Positions 9,203 to 18,173 are shown, counted from the stretch's first letter. The stretch: DNA of 60,532 nt from a virus (IMGVR_UViG_3300021085_000031:1-60532); one strand, 5' to 3'. Made by a program: numbers and translations. Notes: a model not told the origin generated them from the letters alone.

Positions 9203-10541
9203 ACTAGTATTGTTTGACTTGGACGGTGTTCTTGTTGACACCAAGAAGATACACTTTGACGCTTTGAATGAAGCGTTGAATAAGTATGGTTATCCTAGAA
9301 TCAGTTACGAAGAACATCTGACAAGGTTCGATGGACTACCGACAGAAGAGAAGTTGGATATGTTGGGTATCCAAGAAGACTTGATTGACAAGATTCAGAT
9401 ACACAAACAGTCAGTAACTTATTACAAGTTGAACACAATCAAACCCGATGCAGATATTACTGAGGTCTTTGGTAATTTAAAACAACGGGGATATAAGGTT
9501 GGTATCTGTTCTAATGCCATCGACAAGACAGTACACAGGTGTATTGAGATGTTGGGATTGGGAGAGTATATTGATATCGTTCAGACTACTTTCGATGTGA
9601 CCAATCCTAAACCACACCCTGAGATGTGGTGGAATGCAATGGTGGACTTTGGGGTTTATCCTGAAGAGTGTGTTATCATTGAGGACTCACCGAAAGGTCT
9701 TGCATCTGCATACCAATCTGGTGTGCCTCCACAACAAATTATTCGGGTCGATTCACCCGAAGAGGTCAATATGGATTTGGTAAGTCGAATTGAAGGCGGT
9801 AGACCGAATACTCCCAAATGGGTAGATAAGAAAATGAATGTACTAATTCCTATGGCGGGTGCGGGTAGTCGTTTCCAAAAGGCAGGATACAGTTTCCCCA
9901 AACCATTGATTGATGTCAACGGTAAACCAATGATTCAGACTGTAGTGGACAACATTGGCATTCATGCGAACTACATCTTTATTGTACAGAAGGAACATCG
10001 TGAGAAGTATCACCTAGACAACATGTTGAATCTGATTGCACCCAACTGTAAAATCGTGGAGGTTGATGGCGTGACCGAGGGTGCAGCTTGTACTACACTA
10101 CTCGCAGAAGAATATATCGACAATGACAAACCACTGTTTATTGCCAACTCCGACCAATGGGTTGGATGGAACTCTCTTGACTTCATTTATAAGATGAACT
10201 CTTTGAATGCAGACGGTGGTATTGTTACTTTCAAAGCAACACATCCCAAGTGGAGTTATGCAAAGACCGATACTAATGGTATGGTCACTGAGGTTGCGGA
10301 GAAGAATCCAATAAGTAACAATGCGACTGTAGGTTACTACTACTGGAAGAAGGGAGAAGACTACGTAGAGTCTGCCAAGGATATGATTGAAAAGGACATA
10401 AGAACAAACAACGAGTTCTATGTGTGTCCTGTATACAACCAAGCAATCGAAAACGGTAAGAAGATATTCGTACACGAAGCCACTGAGATGTGGGGACTTG
10501 GTACACCTGAAGACCTAGAGAATTATCTGCGTGAATGGTAA
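9195..10541 (+). CDS. Fusion: HAD phosphatase + nucleotidyltransferase (sugar-phosphate NTP transferase family)
   Basis: N-terminal FDLDGVLVD, KPHPE, IEDSPKG; C-terminal IPMAGAGSRF, PKPLI, EGAACT, ANSDQ, EFYV, LGTPEDL. Confidence 0.9.
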   Translation: MIKLVLFDLDGVLVDTKKIHFDALNEALNKYGYPRISYEEHLTRFDGLPTEEKLDMLGIQEDLIDKIQIHKQSVTYYKLNTIKPDADITEVFGNLKQRGYKVGICSNAIDKTVHRCIEMLGLGEYIDIVQTTFDVTNPKPHPEMWWNAMVDFGVYPEECVIIEDSPKGLASAYQSGVPPQQIIRVDSPEEVNMDLVSRIEGGRPNTPKWVDKKMNVLIPMAGAGSRFQKAGYSFPKPLIDVNGKPMIQTVVDNIGIHANYIFIVQKEHREKYHLDNMLNLIAPNCKIVEVDGVTEGAACTTLLAEEYIDNDKPLFIANSDQWVGWNSLDFIYKMNSLNADGGIVTFKATHPKWSYAKTDTNGMVTEVAEKNPISNNATVGYYYWKKGEDYVESAKDMIEKDIRTNNEFYVCPVYNQAIENGKKIFVHEATEMWGLGTPEDLENYLREW

Positions 10542-11293
10542 TGAAAATTGCGTTATGTTTATCTGGTAGATGGAATGAGTTCTGTCACCAGAAATGGATG
10601 GATAGAACACAAGAGATAATTCCTCACGACAAGATGTTCACGGGTACATGGAAGGGTCAAGACTATGATGCTGACTACTACTTTGATGACCCTGAGAATC
10701 TGTATCATCCAATATTCGACACCGAACCTTATCCCGATGACGCAAGTGAACTGAGGAGAGATATCTTTCCCCATTACTTGAAGAGACATAAGGAAGACCC
10801 TACCTATCACAACAGTCAGTTAAGACACGCATACGCAAGTGCGAACTGGCACAAACAACTTCTCATACACAATGAGATGATGAAGTCGATACCTAAAGAA
10901 TATGATATGATTATTCGAACAAGGTTTGACGTAATCGTGTCTGACCAACTTCCTTGGAAAGATATGATTGTGGATTCATATAACAGGATAATTCCGAAGG
11001 GATTCAACTGTATGAATTACTATGGTACACATGACTTCAATAAGATTAAAGGTACGGGAAGAGAGACTACCTACTATATAAATGATGCATTGATAATGCA
11101 TCCCAGAGAATGTTGGGATACCGATTTAGTGGATTCACTATATAAGGATAAGAAGTTAAAGAGTGCAGAAGAGGGATGGTATCAAATACTGTCCGAACCA
11201 TTTGGATTTTATCATGAGAGTTATCATGGTGGATGTTACCTATCAGAGAGATGGGAGTATGTAAGAGATGTTGATGAAAGCCTTCATAATTAG
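10541..11293 (+). CDS. Putative glycosyltransferase-associated protein (KIALCLSG / RxRFD family)
   Basis: MKIALCLSG...YDMIIRTRFD...ND; lies within the glycan island. Confidence 0.5.
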   Translation: MKIALCLSGRWNEFCHQKWMDRTQEIIPHDKMFTGTWKGQDYDADYYFDDPENLYHPIFDTEPYPDDASELRRDIFPHYLKRHKEDPTYHNSQLRHAYASANWHKQLLIHNEMMKSIPKEYDMIIRTRFDVIVSDQLPWKDMIVDSYNRIIPKGFNCMNYYGTHDFNKIKGTGRETTYYINDALIMHPRECWDTDLVDSLYKDKKLKSAEEGWYQILSEPFGFYHESYHGGCYLSERWEYVRDVDESLHN

Positions 11294-11987
11294 TATGATA
11301 AACAATCACGAGTCCACAGTTGCGACTCGACATGTTATTGAATCAATAAAGAAAACTGGAACAAAACTAGAACCTATCATTCTACCCGCAACAATACCCG
11401 ATACCATTGGAACTGATATTAGGGATATTGGTATGTCTGGTATCGCATGGACATATCCGATTGATGTACACCAAGACGGTCTTGATATGAAAACAGGACT
11501 ACGTCTTACCCACTACAAGACTGCGAATCATTCTAATCGTGTTGCCTGTCTGGTATCGCATATGAGATGTTGGCAGAAAGCAATCGACCTTGATGAGACT
11601 ATTGTTGTACTGGAACACGATGCATTATTTATTGATTCTTTTCTGCCTGAGGACTTGACAGGAGAATGGAAGGGTGGTATAATAGGCTTAAATGACCCAA
11701 GAGGTGCAACTAGAAGGTCTCAAGAGTTTCATAGGAAAGTATCTAGTTTCGTAGGTCTACAATCAGTACCATCTATAGATGATTGGGATGTACCTCAAGG
11801 GTTAGCTGGTAACTCAGCATATATGATATCACCCAAGGGTGCTAAGAAACTTATAGATAAGGTTAAAGAAATAGGTATGTGGCCAAACGATGCGTTGATG
11901 TGTAAACAGATGTTCCCTTGGTTACAGGTAGTATATCCATACTACACAACTATACAGAAAGGGTTGAAATCAACCACAACACAATGA
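11274..11987 (+). CDS. Glycosyltransferase family 25
   Basis: KAFIIS, ACLVSHMRCW, VLEHDA, AYMISPKGAKKL, PND. Confidence 0.8.
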   Translation: MKAFIISMINNHESTVATRHVIESIKKTGTKLEPIILPATIPDTIGTDIRDIGMSGIAWTYPIDVHQDGLDMKTGLRLTHYKTANHSNRVACLVSHMRCWQKAIDLDETIVVLEHDALFIDSFLPEDLTGEWKGGIIGLNDPRGATRRSQEFHRKVSSFVGLQSVPSIDDWDVPQGLAGNSAYMISPKGAKKLIDKVKEIGMWPNDALMCKQMFPWLQVVYPYYTTIQKGLKSTTTQ

Positions 11988-12646
11988 CAGAGATTAATAT
12001 GAAAGCTTTCGTGATTACCCTCCTCGATAACCCTGAATCAGTCAAGGCTGCAAATAAGTGTATCGAATCTGGTCTGAGAAACGGTCTTACCATCAAACAA
12101 TTTCAAGCAGTAACTCCAGATGATGAACCTCTGGAGATTCTAGAACGTAAAGGTATTGCACCTGATAAGTTTGACGAGAAGTATTCAAGAAACTTGAACT
12201 GCATCTCTGCATTCCTATCTCACCATACACTATGGGAGATGTGTGTACGGGAAAACGAAACCTTTGTAATCTTTGAACACGATGCTGTCATGGTAGACAG
12301 GATTCCCCCAGCGTTTCCCAACTATGTGATGAACCTTGGACACCCATCATATGGTAAATGGAATACCCCGAAGATGCTTGGCGTAAACCCATTAACAAGT
12401 AAGAGATATTTTCCAGGCGCACATGCGTACATGGTGACTCCCGCTGGTGCTCAACTATTGGTTGAGAATGCACCGATGTATGCAAAACCCACAGATGTGT
12501 ATCTAAACCTAGATACTTTCCCGTGGTTGCAAGAGTGGTATCCCTTCGTTGCAGAAGCACGAGACAGTTTCACAACTATACAAACAGAAACAGGATGTCT
12601 CGCAAAACATAATTGGAAAGAAGGATATGAAATCATCAATGCATGA
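11984..12646 (+). CDS. Glycosyltransferase family 25
   Basis: KAFVITL, AFLSHHTLW, IFEHDA, AYMVTPAGAQLL, PTD. Confidence 0.8.
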   Translation: MTEINMKAFVITLLDNPESVKAANKCIESGLRNGLTIKQFQAVTPDDEPLEILERKGIAPDKFDEKYSRNLNCISAFLSHHTLWEMCVRENETFVIFEHDAVMVDRIPPAFPNYVMNLGHPSYGKWNTPKMLGVNPLTSKRYFPGAHAYMVTPAGAQLLVENAPMYAKPTDVYLNLDTFPWLQEWYPFVAEARDSFTTIQTETGCLAKHNWKEGYEIINA

Positions 12647-13304
12647 AGTATTTTTAACGGGGTGTGATAAACACACCGAATGGCAACTCCCGTGGTTCCT
12701 TGAGAACTATCGCAAACATAATACTAAACCTATTATACTCGCAGACTTTGGTATGGAAAAGAACACACGGACTAAGATGGAGTCTGAGTTTGACCTTATC
12801 ATTGATGTCAAGAGTGAGGCAAAGGGGTGGTTCAAGAAACCTCGTGCGATTCTAGATGCAACCAAACTAGATGCTGTAGAGAAGGTATGTTGGATTGATA
12901 CCGATTGTGAGGTTGTAGCTAACATCGAAGACATCTTCACTCGCACCGTGTTCGGTAAACTCGCAATGGTAGAGGATAGACCGTGGACACTACGTAGACC
13001 CGACATGGGTAGGTGGTACAACTCTGGTGTTGTTGCGGTTAATGGTACACCTAATATTCTAAAGGCATGGGCAGACGAGTGTATTCGTAATCCTGTACAG
13101 GGAGACCAAGAAGTACTTTATCTAATGATGAACGGTGATGAGATTTATAAGATGACGTGCATAGAACCTATGCCACATCATTATAACACTTTACGGTTAG
13201 ACTACATAGATGGTATAAACGTAGGAAAACCAAGAATTATCCATCACACGGGTAAAGTTGGTAATGAAACAATAAGGAAACAGATGAATGAATTATCTAC
13301 TTGA
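12639..13304 (+). CDS. GT-A nucleotide-diphospho-sugar transferase (GT8/GT77-like)
   Basis: WFKKP, WIDTDC (DxD), YNSGVV, GDQEVL, YN, IIHHTG. Confidence 0.75.
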   Translation: MHEVFLTGCDKHTEWQLPWFLENYRKHNTKPIILADFGMEKNTRTKMESEFDLIIDVKSEAKGWFKKPRAILDATKLDAVEKVCWIDTDCEVVANIEDIFTRTVFGKLAMVEDRPWTLRRPDMGRWYNSGVVAVNGTPNILKAWADECIRNPVQGDQEVLYLMMNGDEIYKMTCIEPMPHHYNTLRLDYIDGINVGKPRIIHHTGKVGNETIRKQMNELST

Positions 13305-13503
13305 AGCATTGATTAAAAAACTAGAAGGTCAGATTGCCGTTGCAAAAGCAAACGTTGACGTGTACCTGAAAGGTGCTGCGGGTATCGGAGAACATCCTGA
13401 TATCGTAGAATCTATCGAAACACAAATTGATAAAATTGCAGAAGCCGAAGATAAGATTGAAGCAATCAATAATAATTTCGGATGGAAGAAGAAGGAGAAG
13501 TAA
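13288..13503 (+). CDS. Hypothetical helical protein
   Basis: 71-aa ORF in operon with GIGEHPDI motif. Confidence 0.65.
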   Translation: MNYLLEALIKKLEGQIAVAKANVDVYLKGAAGIGEHPDIVESIETQIDKIAEAEDKIEAINNNFGWKKKEK

Positions 13504-13908
13504 ATGTATGAATACAGAACAAAAGTGGTACGTGTCGTTGATGGTGATACCGTTGACGTTGACATCGATTTGGGGTTTGGTGTTTGGCTTCGAAAATCAA
13601 GAATTAGACTACTTGGCGTTGACACCCCCGAATCACGAACACGTGACCTCGTGGAAAAGAGATATGGACTTGCCGCTAAGGCATTCCTGAAGAAGAGTTT
13701 GGGTACTTCGCCTATTCTTAAAACAACAAAGGATGGTAAGGGTAAGTTCGGACGTATCCTTGGAGAGTTCTTGGTAGAACATCCAGAAGCAACAATCAAC
13801 ATTAATGAATTACTCATTGATACTCATCATGCAGTACGGTATATGGGACAATCCAAAGCCGATATTGCAGAACAACATCTAGTGAATAGAGAATTGGTAC
13901 AACTATGA
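13504..13908 (+). CDS. Thermonuclease (staphylococcal nuclease family)
   Basis: RVVDGDTV, RIRLLGVDTPE, GKFGRILG. Confidence 0.9.
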   Translation: MYEYRTKVVRVVDGDTVDVDIDLGFGVWLRKSRIRLLGVDTPESRTRDLVEKRYGLAAKAFLKKSLGTSPILKTTKDGKGKFGRILGEFLVEHPEATININELLIDTHHAVRYMGQSKADIAEQHLVNRELVQL

Positions 13909-14159
13909 AAGTCTTGCATCACAATGTCCTCGTGACAAATGCAGAAGTCGAAGAGAAAACATCGGGTGGTATTATCCTATCGGGTGATATCTCTACGGGT
14001 AATAAACCCGCAATCGTTATCGCAGTTGGTGATGATGTTCCAGATATCAAACCTAAAAACAAAGTGTATCTTGATTGGAGTAAATCCATGCCAGTGGAGA
14101 TTGATGGTTTGAAGTGTGCGGTGGTAGATGAATTTGACATTAAGTTGATTGTAGAGTAA
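13905..14159 (+). CDS. groES: GroES-like co-chaperonin (Cpn10)
   Basis: EEKTSGGIIL mobile loop, VIAVG, ~84 aa. Confidence 0.85.
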   Translation: MKVLHHNVLVTNAEVEEKTSGGIILSGDISTGNKPAIVIAVGDDVPDIKPKNKVYLDWSKSMPVEIDGLKCAVVDEFDIKLIVE

Positions 14160-14169
14160 GGGATAATTC

Positions 14170-14799
14170 ATGAGAGTCAATGTTCTGGGTAATGGAGATA
14201 ACGCTGGTATTTTTGAACGTGGTACTAAAGGTAAGTTATTAATATGTAATATGCCTCCCTTTGAGATACCACGTAACGAAGTCCATGCAACTTGTATGGT
14301 TGACTTCAAGATGATGAAAGCGTTACAGGAAGGACATATCAAATTAGATATGTACGATTGGGTTCTGGGTACAAGACCTAAAATCTGGATGGAACAATCT
14401 GGAACATTTTATATGAAGTACTCGCATCTCATCAAGGGATTCTATCCCCACATACCTGATTATTGCACACCGCCTGGCGGTGACCCACGAATGGCTGCGA
14501 CAAACTTTAACTGTGGTCACATGGCAGTTCATTACGCATGTACCAAGATGAAGGCAACCGAAGTACACATCTATGGGTTCGATAGTATCTTTGATATGAA
14601 CCTAGAGAGTTTCACTGACTTGTTGTTAGAGAGTGACCGTGGTACTGCAAATACTGTAAGACTCGCAAACAACTGGAGACCCATCTGGACTAACATGTTC
14701 AAAGAGTTTCCTAACATTGAATTCAATTTATATCATTGTCATAAGCACATCAAAATTCCAGTTACAGACAACGTAAAAATTCACGTTCCACAAAAATAG
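14170..14799 (+). CDS. DUF115/Maf/sialyltransferase-like Rossmann protein
   Basis: VNVLGNG, ICN, VD, NCGHMAV, VHIYGFDS pattern. Confidence 0.5.
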   Translation: MRVNVLGNGDNAGIFERGTKGKLLICNMPPFEIPRNEVHATCMVDFKMMKALQEGHIKLDMYDWVLGTRPKIWMEQSGTFYMKYSHLIKGFYPHIPDYCTPPGGDPRMAATNFNCGHMAVHYACTKMKATEVHIYGFDSIFDMNLESFTDLLLESDRGTANTVRLANNWRPIWTNMFKEFPNIEFNLYHCHKHIKIPVTDNVKIHVPQK

Positions 14800-14802
14800 T
14801 GC

Positions 14803-14831
14803 TTGCCTTTTCATATCAGTGTTGATATAAT
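14803..14831 (+). promoter_or_regulatory. sigma70-type promoter for the tRNA pair
   Basis: TTGCCT-17 bp-TATAAT, 20 nt before tRNA-Arg(UCU). Confidence 0.65.
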
Positions 14832-14850
14832 ATTTACATGATTGGAAATG

Positions 14851-14926
14851 CGACCTATGGTGAAACTGGATATCATACGAGTCTTCTAAACTTGGGTTCA
14901 AGGTTCGAGTCCTTGTAGGTCGGCCA
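14851..14926 (+). tRNA. tRNA-Arg (anticodon UCU)
   Basis: Acceptor CGACCTA/TAGGTCG, anticodon arm CGAGT-CTTCTAA-ACTTG, GGTTCGAGTCC T-loop, encoded CCA. Confidence 0.92.
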
Positions 14927-14937
14927 ATCAATTAACT

Positions 14938-15012
14938 GCCTCCGTAGTTTAACGGATAAAACAGTGCGCTACGAACGCACAACTCGTGGTTCGATTCCAT
15001 GCGGGGGCGCCA
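14938..15012 (+). tRNA. tRNA-Arg (anticodon ACG)
   Basis: Acceptor GCCTCCG/CGGGGGC, anticodon arm GTGCG-CTACGAA-CGCAC, GGTTCGATTCC T-loop, encoded CCA. Confidence 0.92.
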
Positions 15013-15031
15013 AACACAAGGATGCATAGTA

Positions 15032-15190
15032 ATGCAAGATAATTACAAATTTTTTAAAATGAATCGTGGATTTAAGTTTGACAAGTTGACTGCGTCAGAC
15101 TTGAAGTACTACAAGGAAATTCTCATGGAGAAGGGTCAGAAAATGGCCGTAGTCGGACAAGACGGAAAACTAATCTATGTGGAGGAATAA
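15032..15190 (+). CDS. Small hypothetical protein
   Basis: MQDNYKFF...IYVEE*; AAGGA upstream; start moved downstream of the tRNA. Confidence 0.55.
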   Translation: MQDNYKFFKMNRGFKFDKLTASDLKYYKEILMEKGQKMAVVGQDGKLIYVEE

Positions 15191-15192
15191 CC

Positions 15193-15351
15193 TTGGCTAC
15201 GAGAGAACCTTATAAAGACTTTATAAGACGGATGTATCGTGAGATGAAAGAGAAACAAAAACAACGGGAAGATAGTACCAACCCGTTGCTTTTGCGTATT
15301 AAATCTTTAGAGGATAGAATAGACCAGTTAGAAAAGAATAGACTAGATTAG
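15193..15351 (+). CDS. Small coiled-coil hypothetical protein (52 aa, TTG start), not in ORF track
   Basis: GGAGG RBS at 15181; MATREPYKDFIRRMYRE...RIKSLEDRIDQLEKNRLD*. Confidence 0.5.
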   Translation: MATREPYKDFIRRMYREMKEKQKQREDSTNPLLLRIKSLEDRIDQLEKNRLD

Positions 15352-16028
15352 TCTCTCTTCTTTTTGTCACGTTCTCTTTTAATCCAAGATAGCGCTCTCT
15401 TGTTCTCAGGTTTCTTATCTAAGAACTTGCGAACATCTTTGTATGCACGAAGAGTTTCTACTTTGAAGTCTTTACCGTTAGAGTTATCAACGATAAGCAT
15501 ATTCTTCTTACCAAAGAATGTTTGGAATGCACCAATGTTTCGTTGAACTTCTTTCCAGTAGTTGGTAACTTCTTTCTCACCAATAGTTCTGGCACGTGCT
15601 TTGTCACGTTCGATTGCGGTATCAAGGTCAGTGTTAACGAATATCATTGCGACATCGTAACCCAATGCCTTCATTGCCATTGCTTGTTTCTTGACCTTAT
15701 CAAACTCTTTACCAGTTCCGTCAACCACAACACCAAGTCTACCCATGAGGTATCTTGCCTGTTTCTTACCTGTGAGTGCCTTTGCACGTCCACGGATATC
15801 TTGACCTTGAACTGAGAAGATGTTATCGGGAGACATTTCCATTCCCGCTTTCTTCATTGCAGCTTCGTATGCGTCATCGGAGTTTATCACTTTCAGACCG
15901 AGGGCGGGAAGACCCGTTTTTCCTACGATGAAGGACTTACCACTGCCTGGCCCACCCGCTAGAAAAACTGCTTTAAAGATTGCGGGGTCATCCACACCCT
16001 CGGTCATAAACTTCTTGAACTTAATCAT
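15348..16028 (-). CDS. P-loop kinase (zeta-toxin/AAA_33-like) with possible capsid-targeting N-terminus
   Basis: FLAGGPGSGKS Walker A, INSDD, VVDGTG, IFVNTDLDTAIERDKARAR; N-terminus MIKFKKFMTE. Confidence 0.8.
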   Translation of the reverse strand: MIKFKKFMTEGVDDPAIFKAVFLAGGPGSGKSFIVGKTGLPALGLKVINSDDAYEAAMKKAGMEMSPDNIFSVQGQDIRGRAKALTGKKQARYLMGRLGVVVDGTGKEFDKVKKQAMAMKALGYDVAMIFVNTDLDTAIERDKARARTIGEKEVTNYWKEVQRNIGAFQTFFGKKNMLIVDNSNGKDFKVETLRAYKDVRKFLDKKPENKRALSWIKRERDKKKRD

Positions 16029-16189
16029 TAGACAATCCACACCACGATTAACATGAGTACTGCACCTTCGATTGCAGCAATTGAACGTAGTCCAAGTCCT
16101 GTACTCTCGGATGCCACCTCACATACTTCATCGTGTTTATCTACGATGATAGATGGGATTTCTTTTAGTTTATTGATAATAGTTTCCAT
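16028..16189 (-). CDS. Small membrane-anchored protein (53 aa), not in ORF track
   Basis: AGGAG RBS; METIINKLKEIPS...IAAIEGAVLMLIVVWIV*; TAATG overlap with the kinase gene. Confidence 0.6.
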   Translation of the reverse strand: METIINKLKEIPSIIVDKHDEVCEVASESTGLGLRSIAAIEGAVLMLIVVWIV

Positions 16190-16198
16190 TACTTTCTC

Positions 16199-17050
16199 CT
16201 AGTAAACTTTGAATTCACTTACTAACACTCTAGACAAGTGGGGTAGAATAAATTTCAAATTCCCAGCATTCTCGTCTTCGGCATCTAAATGAACTGTAGT
16301 ATTATTTATATATTCCGCAACTTCGGATATATCTTTTTGTTCACCAACAATTCTTGGTGGTAACACTGGTAATTCTTGGTTGAACGCAATTGCATATGTG
16401 GTGTCTTTGCCGTTTGCGTCTGATTGTCCGTGATAACTATCAATCAAATCGAAGTCTTCGGTACAGATTGACGCAAAATCTGCCTTGATATCGGTTGCGT
16501 TAAACTGTTCTCCCTCATTTACAGGGATACCCGCAAGGAATACTGCATCAAATTTTAAGTCATCTGGAACTGTAACCTGATAGGTGTCATCACCTAGTAT
16601 GTATGGTTGGTTAGAGGATACACGAGACACATCAAAATGTCTCATTAGATTTCTTGCAAAACTACCGTGGTCATCTGGATATGCAACACATACATCATGG
16701 TCTGTGTTAAAGTATTGGGTGATTGCTGGCCAAAGATTACCAGCTACGTTTGCAGCAATCTTACCTTTGGAATCATCCCAAAGACTGGAATATCTACTAT
16801 TCCTGAAAGATGGTACTACCAATACATTCTTGTATTTCTGTAGTCCAATTATGTTATTGATTACGATAGACCAAAACAAGAACCCGTTGATAAACCTCTC
16901 TTGTTCACGATAGTCATATGTGGGGTCAGACGCAATAAACTCTTGAACTTCATTCCACAAGGTTTGGTAACCGCCATGATTTAACATGATAGTCTTTATT
17001 GATGCTCCAGATTTACCTGTAACAACGTCAAATATATTTCTATTATTCAT
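16199..17050 (-). CDS. Hypothetical protein, paralog of 17052-17840
   Basis: Shares YKN.LV.PS, D.KFDAV.L.G, DIK and CTEDFDLID with its neighbour. Confidence 0.7.
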   Translation of the reverse strand: MNNRNIFDVVTGKSGASIKTIMLNHGGYQTLWNEVQEFIASDPTYDYREQERFINGFLFWSIVINNIIGLQKYKNVLVVPSFRNSRYSSLWDDSKGKIAANVAGNLWPAITQYFNTDHDVCVAYPDDHGSFARNLMRHFDVSRVSSNQPYILGDDTYQVTVPDDLKFDAVFLAGIPVNEGEQFNATDIKADFASICTEDFDLIDSYHGQSDANGKDTTYAIAFNQELPVLPPRIVGEQKDISEVAEYINNTTVHLDAEDENAGNLKFILPHLSRVLVSEFKVY

Positions 17051-17051
17051 T

Positions 17052-17840
17052 TTAAAATACCCTATAAAATTTGTTGACATTCTTTATATTCTCACCCAGT
17101 CGGAAGTATAAAAGAAGTTCTTTTCTCTTGAGACTATTTAGTATGCGGTGAGGTGTCAATCCCGTCACAGGATGATAAAGTTTTCTGGGGGAGTTGACAC
17201 ATGACACAAATCTTTGGACTTGTTCTGTGGTGGGTAAGTCTTTTTCATTACCTTTCAGTTGTCTTTGACCTGACCGATACAAATCAATTAAATCAAAGTC
17301 TTCGGTACAATGTTTAGCGAGTTTCTTTTTGATGTCGTTAACTTGATACTTTCCGTCCCCGCTTTCTCCAACAGTACCTAGTAACACAACTGCGTCAAAC
17401 TTTACATCGGTTTTAAATCTCGGTAAGTGTCCACCCAGTTTATATAAGTTATCTACCTCAATGATAGAAACACCAGCCTCTTCGTATGCCTTTCTATAGA
17501 GATGTTCTTCTGGTAATGCAACATACATTTTGCCTTCAGCTTGCATCGTCTCGTGAATGACAGGTAACAAATGGTCACCCGCACTACCTATAGGTCTATA
17601 CCTTGTGTCTCTTAATCTGCCAGTTACTTTACTCGGAAGAACCAGAATGTTCTTGTATCCTTGTTGTGATAACAACCCATCAACAACAGATGCATCCGTC
17701 ACTAGGGTGTTCACGTCCCCATGCTTGTTATCTCGATGGTCTATATTGTCCATCAACATATTTAATAGTCTTTCCTTGGTATCAAGGTTAATAATACTAT
17801 TATGCGTAGGGTTTCTGGGTTGGGTCTTGTATAGAAACAT
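17052..17840 (-). CDS. Hypothetical protein, paralog of 16199-17050
   Basis: YKNILVLPS, DVKFDAVVLLG, CTEDFDLIDLY. Confidence 0.7.
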   Translation of the reverse strand: MFLYKTQPRNPTHNSIINLDTKERLLNMLMDNIDHRDNKHGDVNTLVTDASVVDGLLSQQGYKNILVLPSKVTGRLRDTRYRPIGSAGDHLLPVIHETMQAEGKMYVALPEEHLYRKAYEEAGVSIIEVDNLYKLGGHLPRFKTDVKFDAVVLLGTVGESGDGKYQVNDIKKKLAKHCTEDFDLIDLYRSGQRQLKGNEKDLPTTEQVQRFVSCVNSPRKLYHPVTGLTPHRILNSLKRKELLLYFRLGENIKNVNKFYRVF

Positions 17841-18106
17841 TAGGAACCTTTGTATAACTTCTGGATGTGGTCTTCGAACTGTTCAATCTTTTCCAGTCTA
17901 TTGGGCCACAGTATATATTCCTTTTCAGGATTCTTTTTGAGATTGTTTAACAGGGGTTGCACTGCATTAAACACTGCATCCAGTTTTTCTTGTGTTTCGG
18001 ATGTTGATGCCGTTACGGACGATACTGTCTCCTGTGCTTTCTGCACAGCTTCCAGTTCATTCTCATCTACAAGGGTAAACCCGAAATCGAATAAATCATC
18101 TGCCAT
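17840..18106 (-). CDS. Hypothetical protein
   Basis: AGGAG RBS; FDFGFT..DE...PLLNNLKKNPEKEYILWPNR; first gene after the late promoter. Confidence 0.75.
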   Translation of the reverse strand: MADDLFDFGFTLVDENELEAVQKAQETVSSVTASTSETQEKLDAVFNAVQPLLNNLKKNPEKEYILWPNRLEKIEQFEDHIQKLYKGS

Positions 18107-18125
18107 ATTTCTTCTCCTGTCCTAC

Positions 18126-18133
18126 TATTTATA
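18126..18133 (-). promoter_or_regulatory. T4-type late promoter for the minus-strand operon 18106-15348
   Basis: TATTTATA on + strand = TATAAATA on - strand, 20 nt before the ATG at 18106. Confidence 0.75.
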
Positions 18134-18144
18134 CAAAAAAATGC

Positions 18145-18173
18145 TTGACAATGTATGTTTTTTCCTGTATAGT
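18145..18173 (+). promoter_or_regulatory. sigma70-type early promoter
   Basis: A-tract, then TTGACA-17 bp-TATAGT. Confidence 0.75.

Noticed and set aside
14728-15031. ORF 14728-14931 (-) and the 5' part of ORF 14999-15190
   Set aside because: They overlap the two well-formed tRNA genes
15348-16189. Epsilon/zeta toxin-antitoxin pair
   Set aside because: The upstream 53-aa ORF is a membrane-anchored peptide unlike helical epsilon antitoxins; the late-operon context and capsid-targeting-like leader fit a virion protein better
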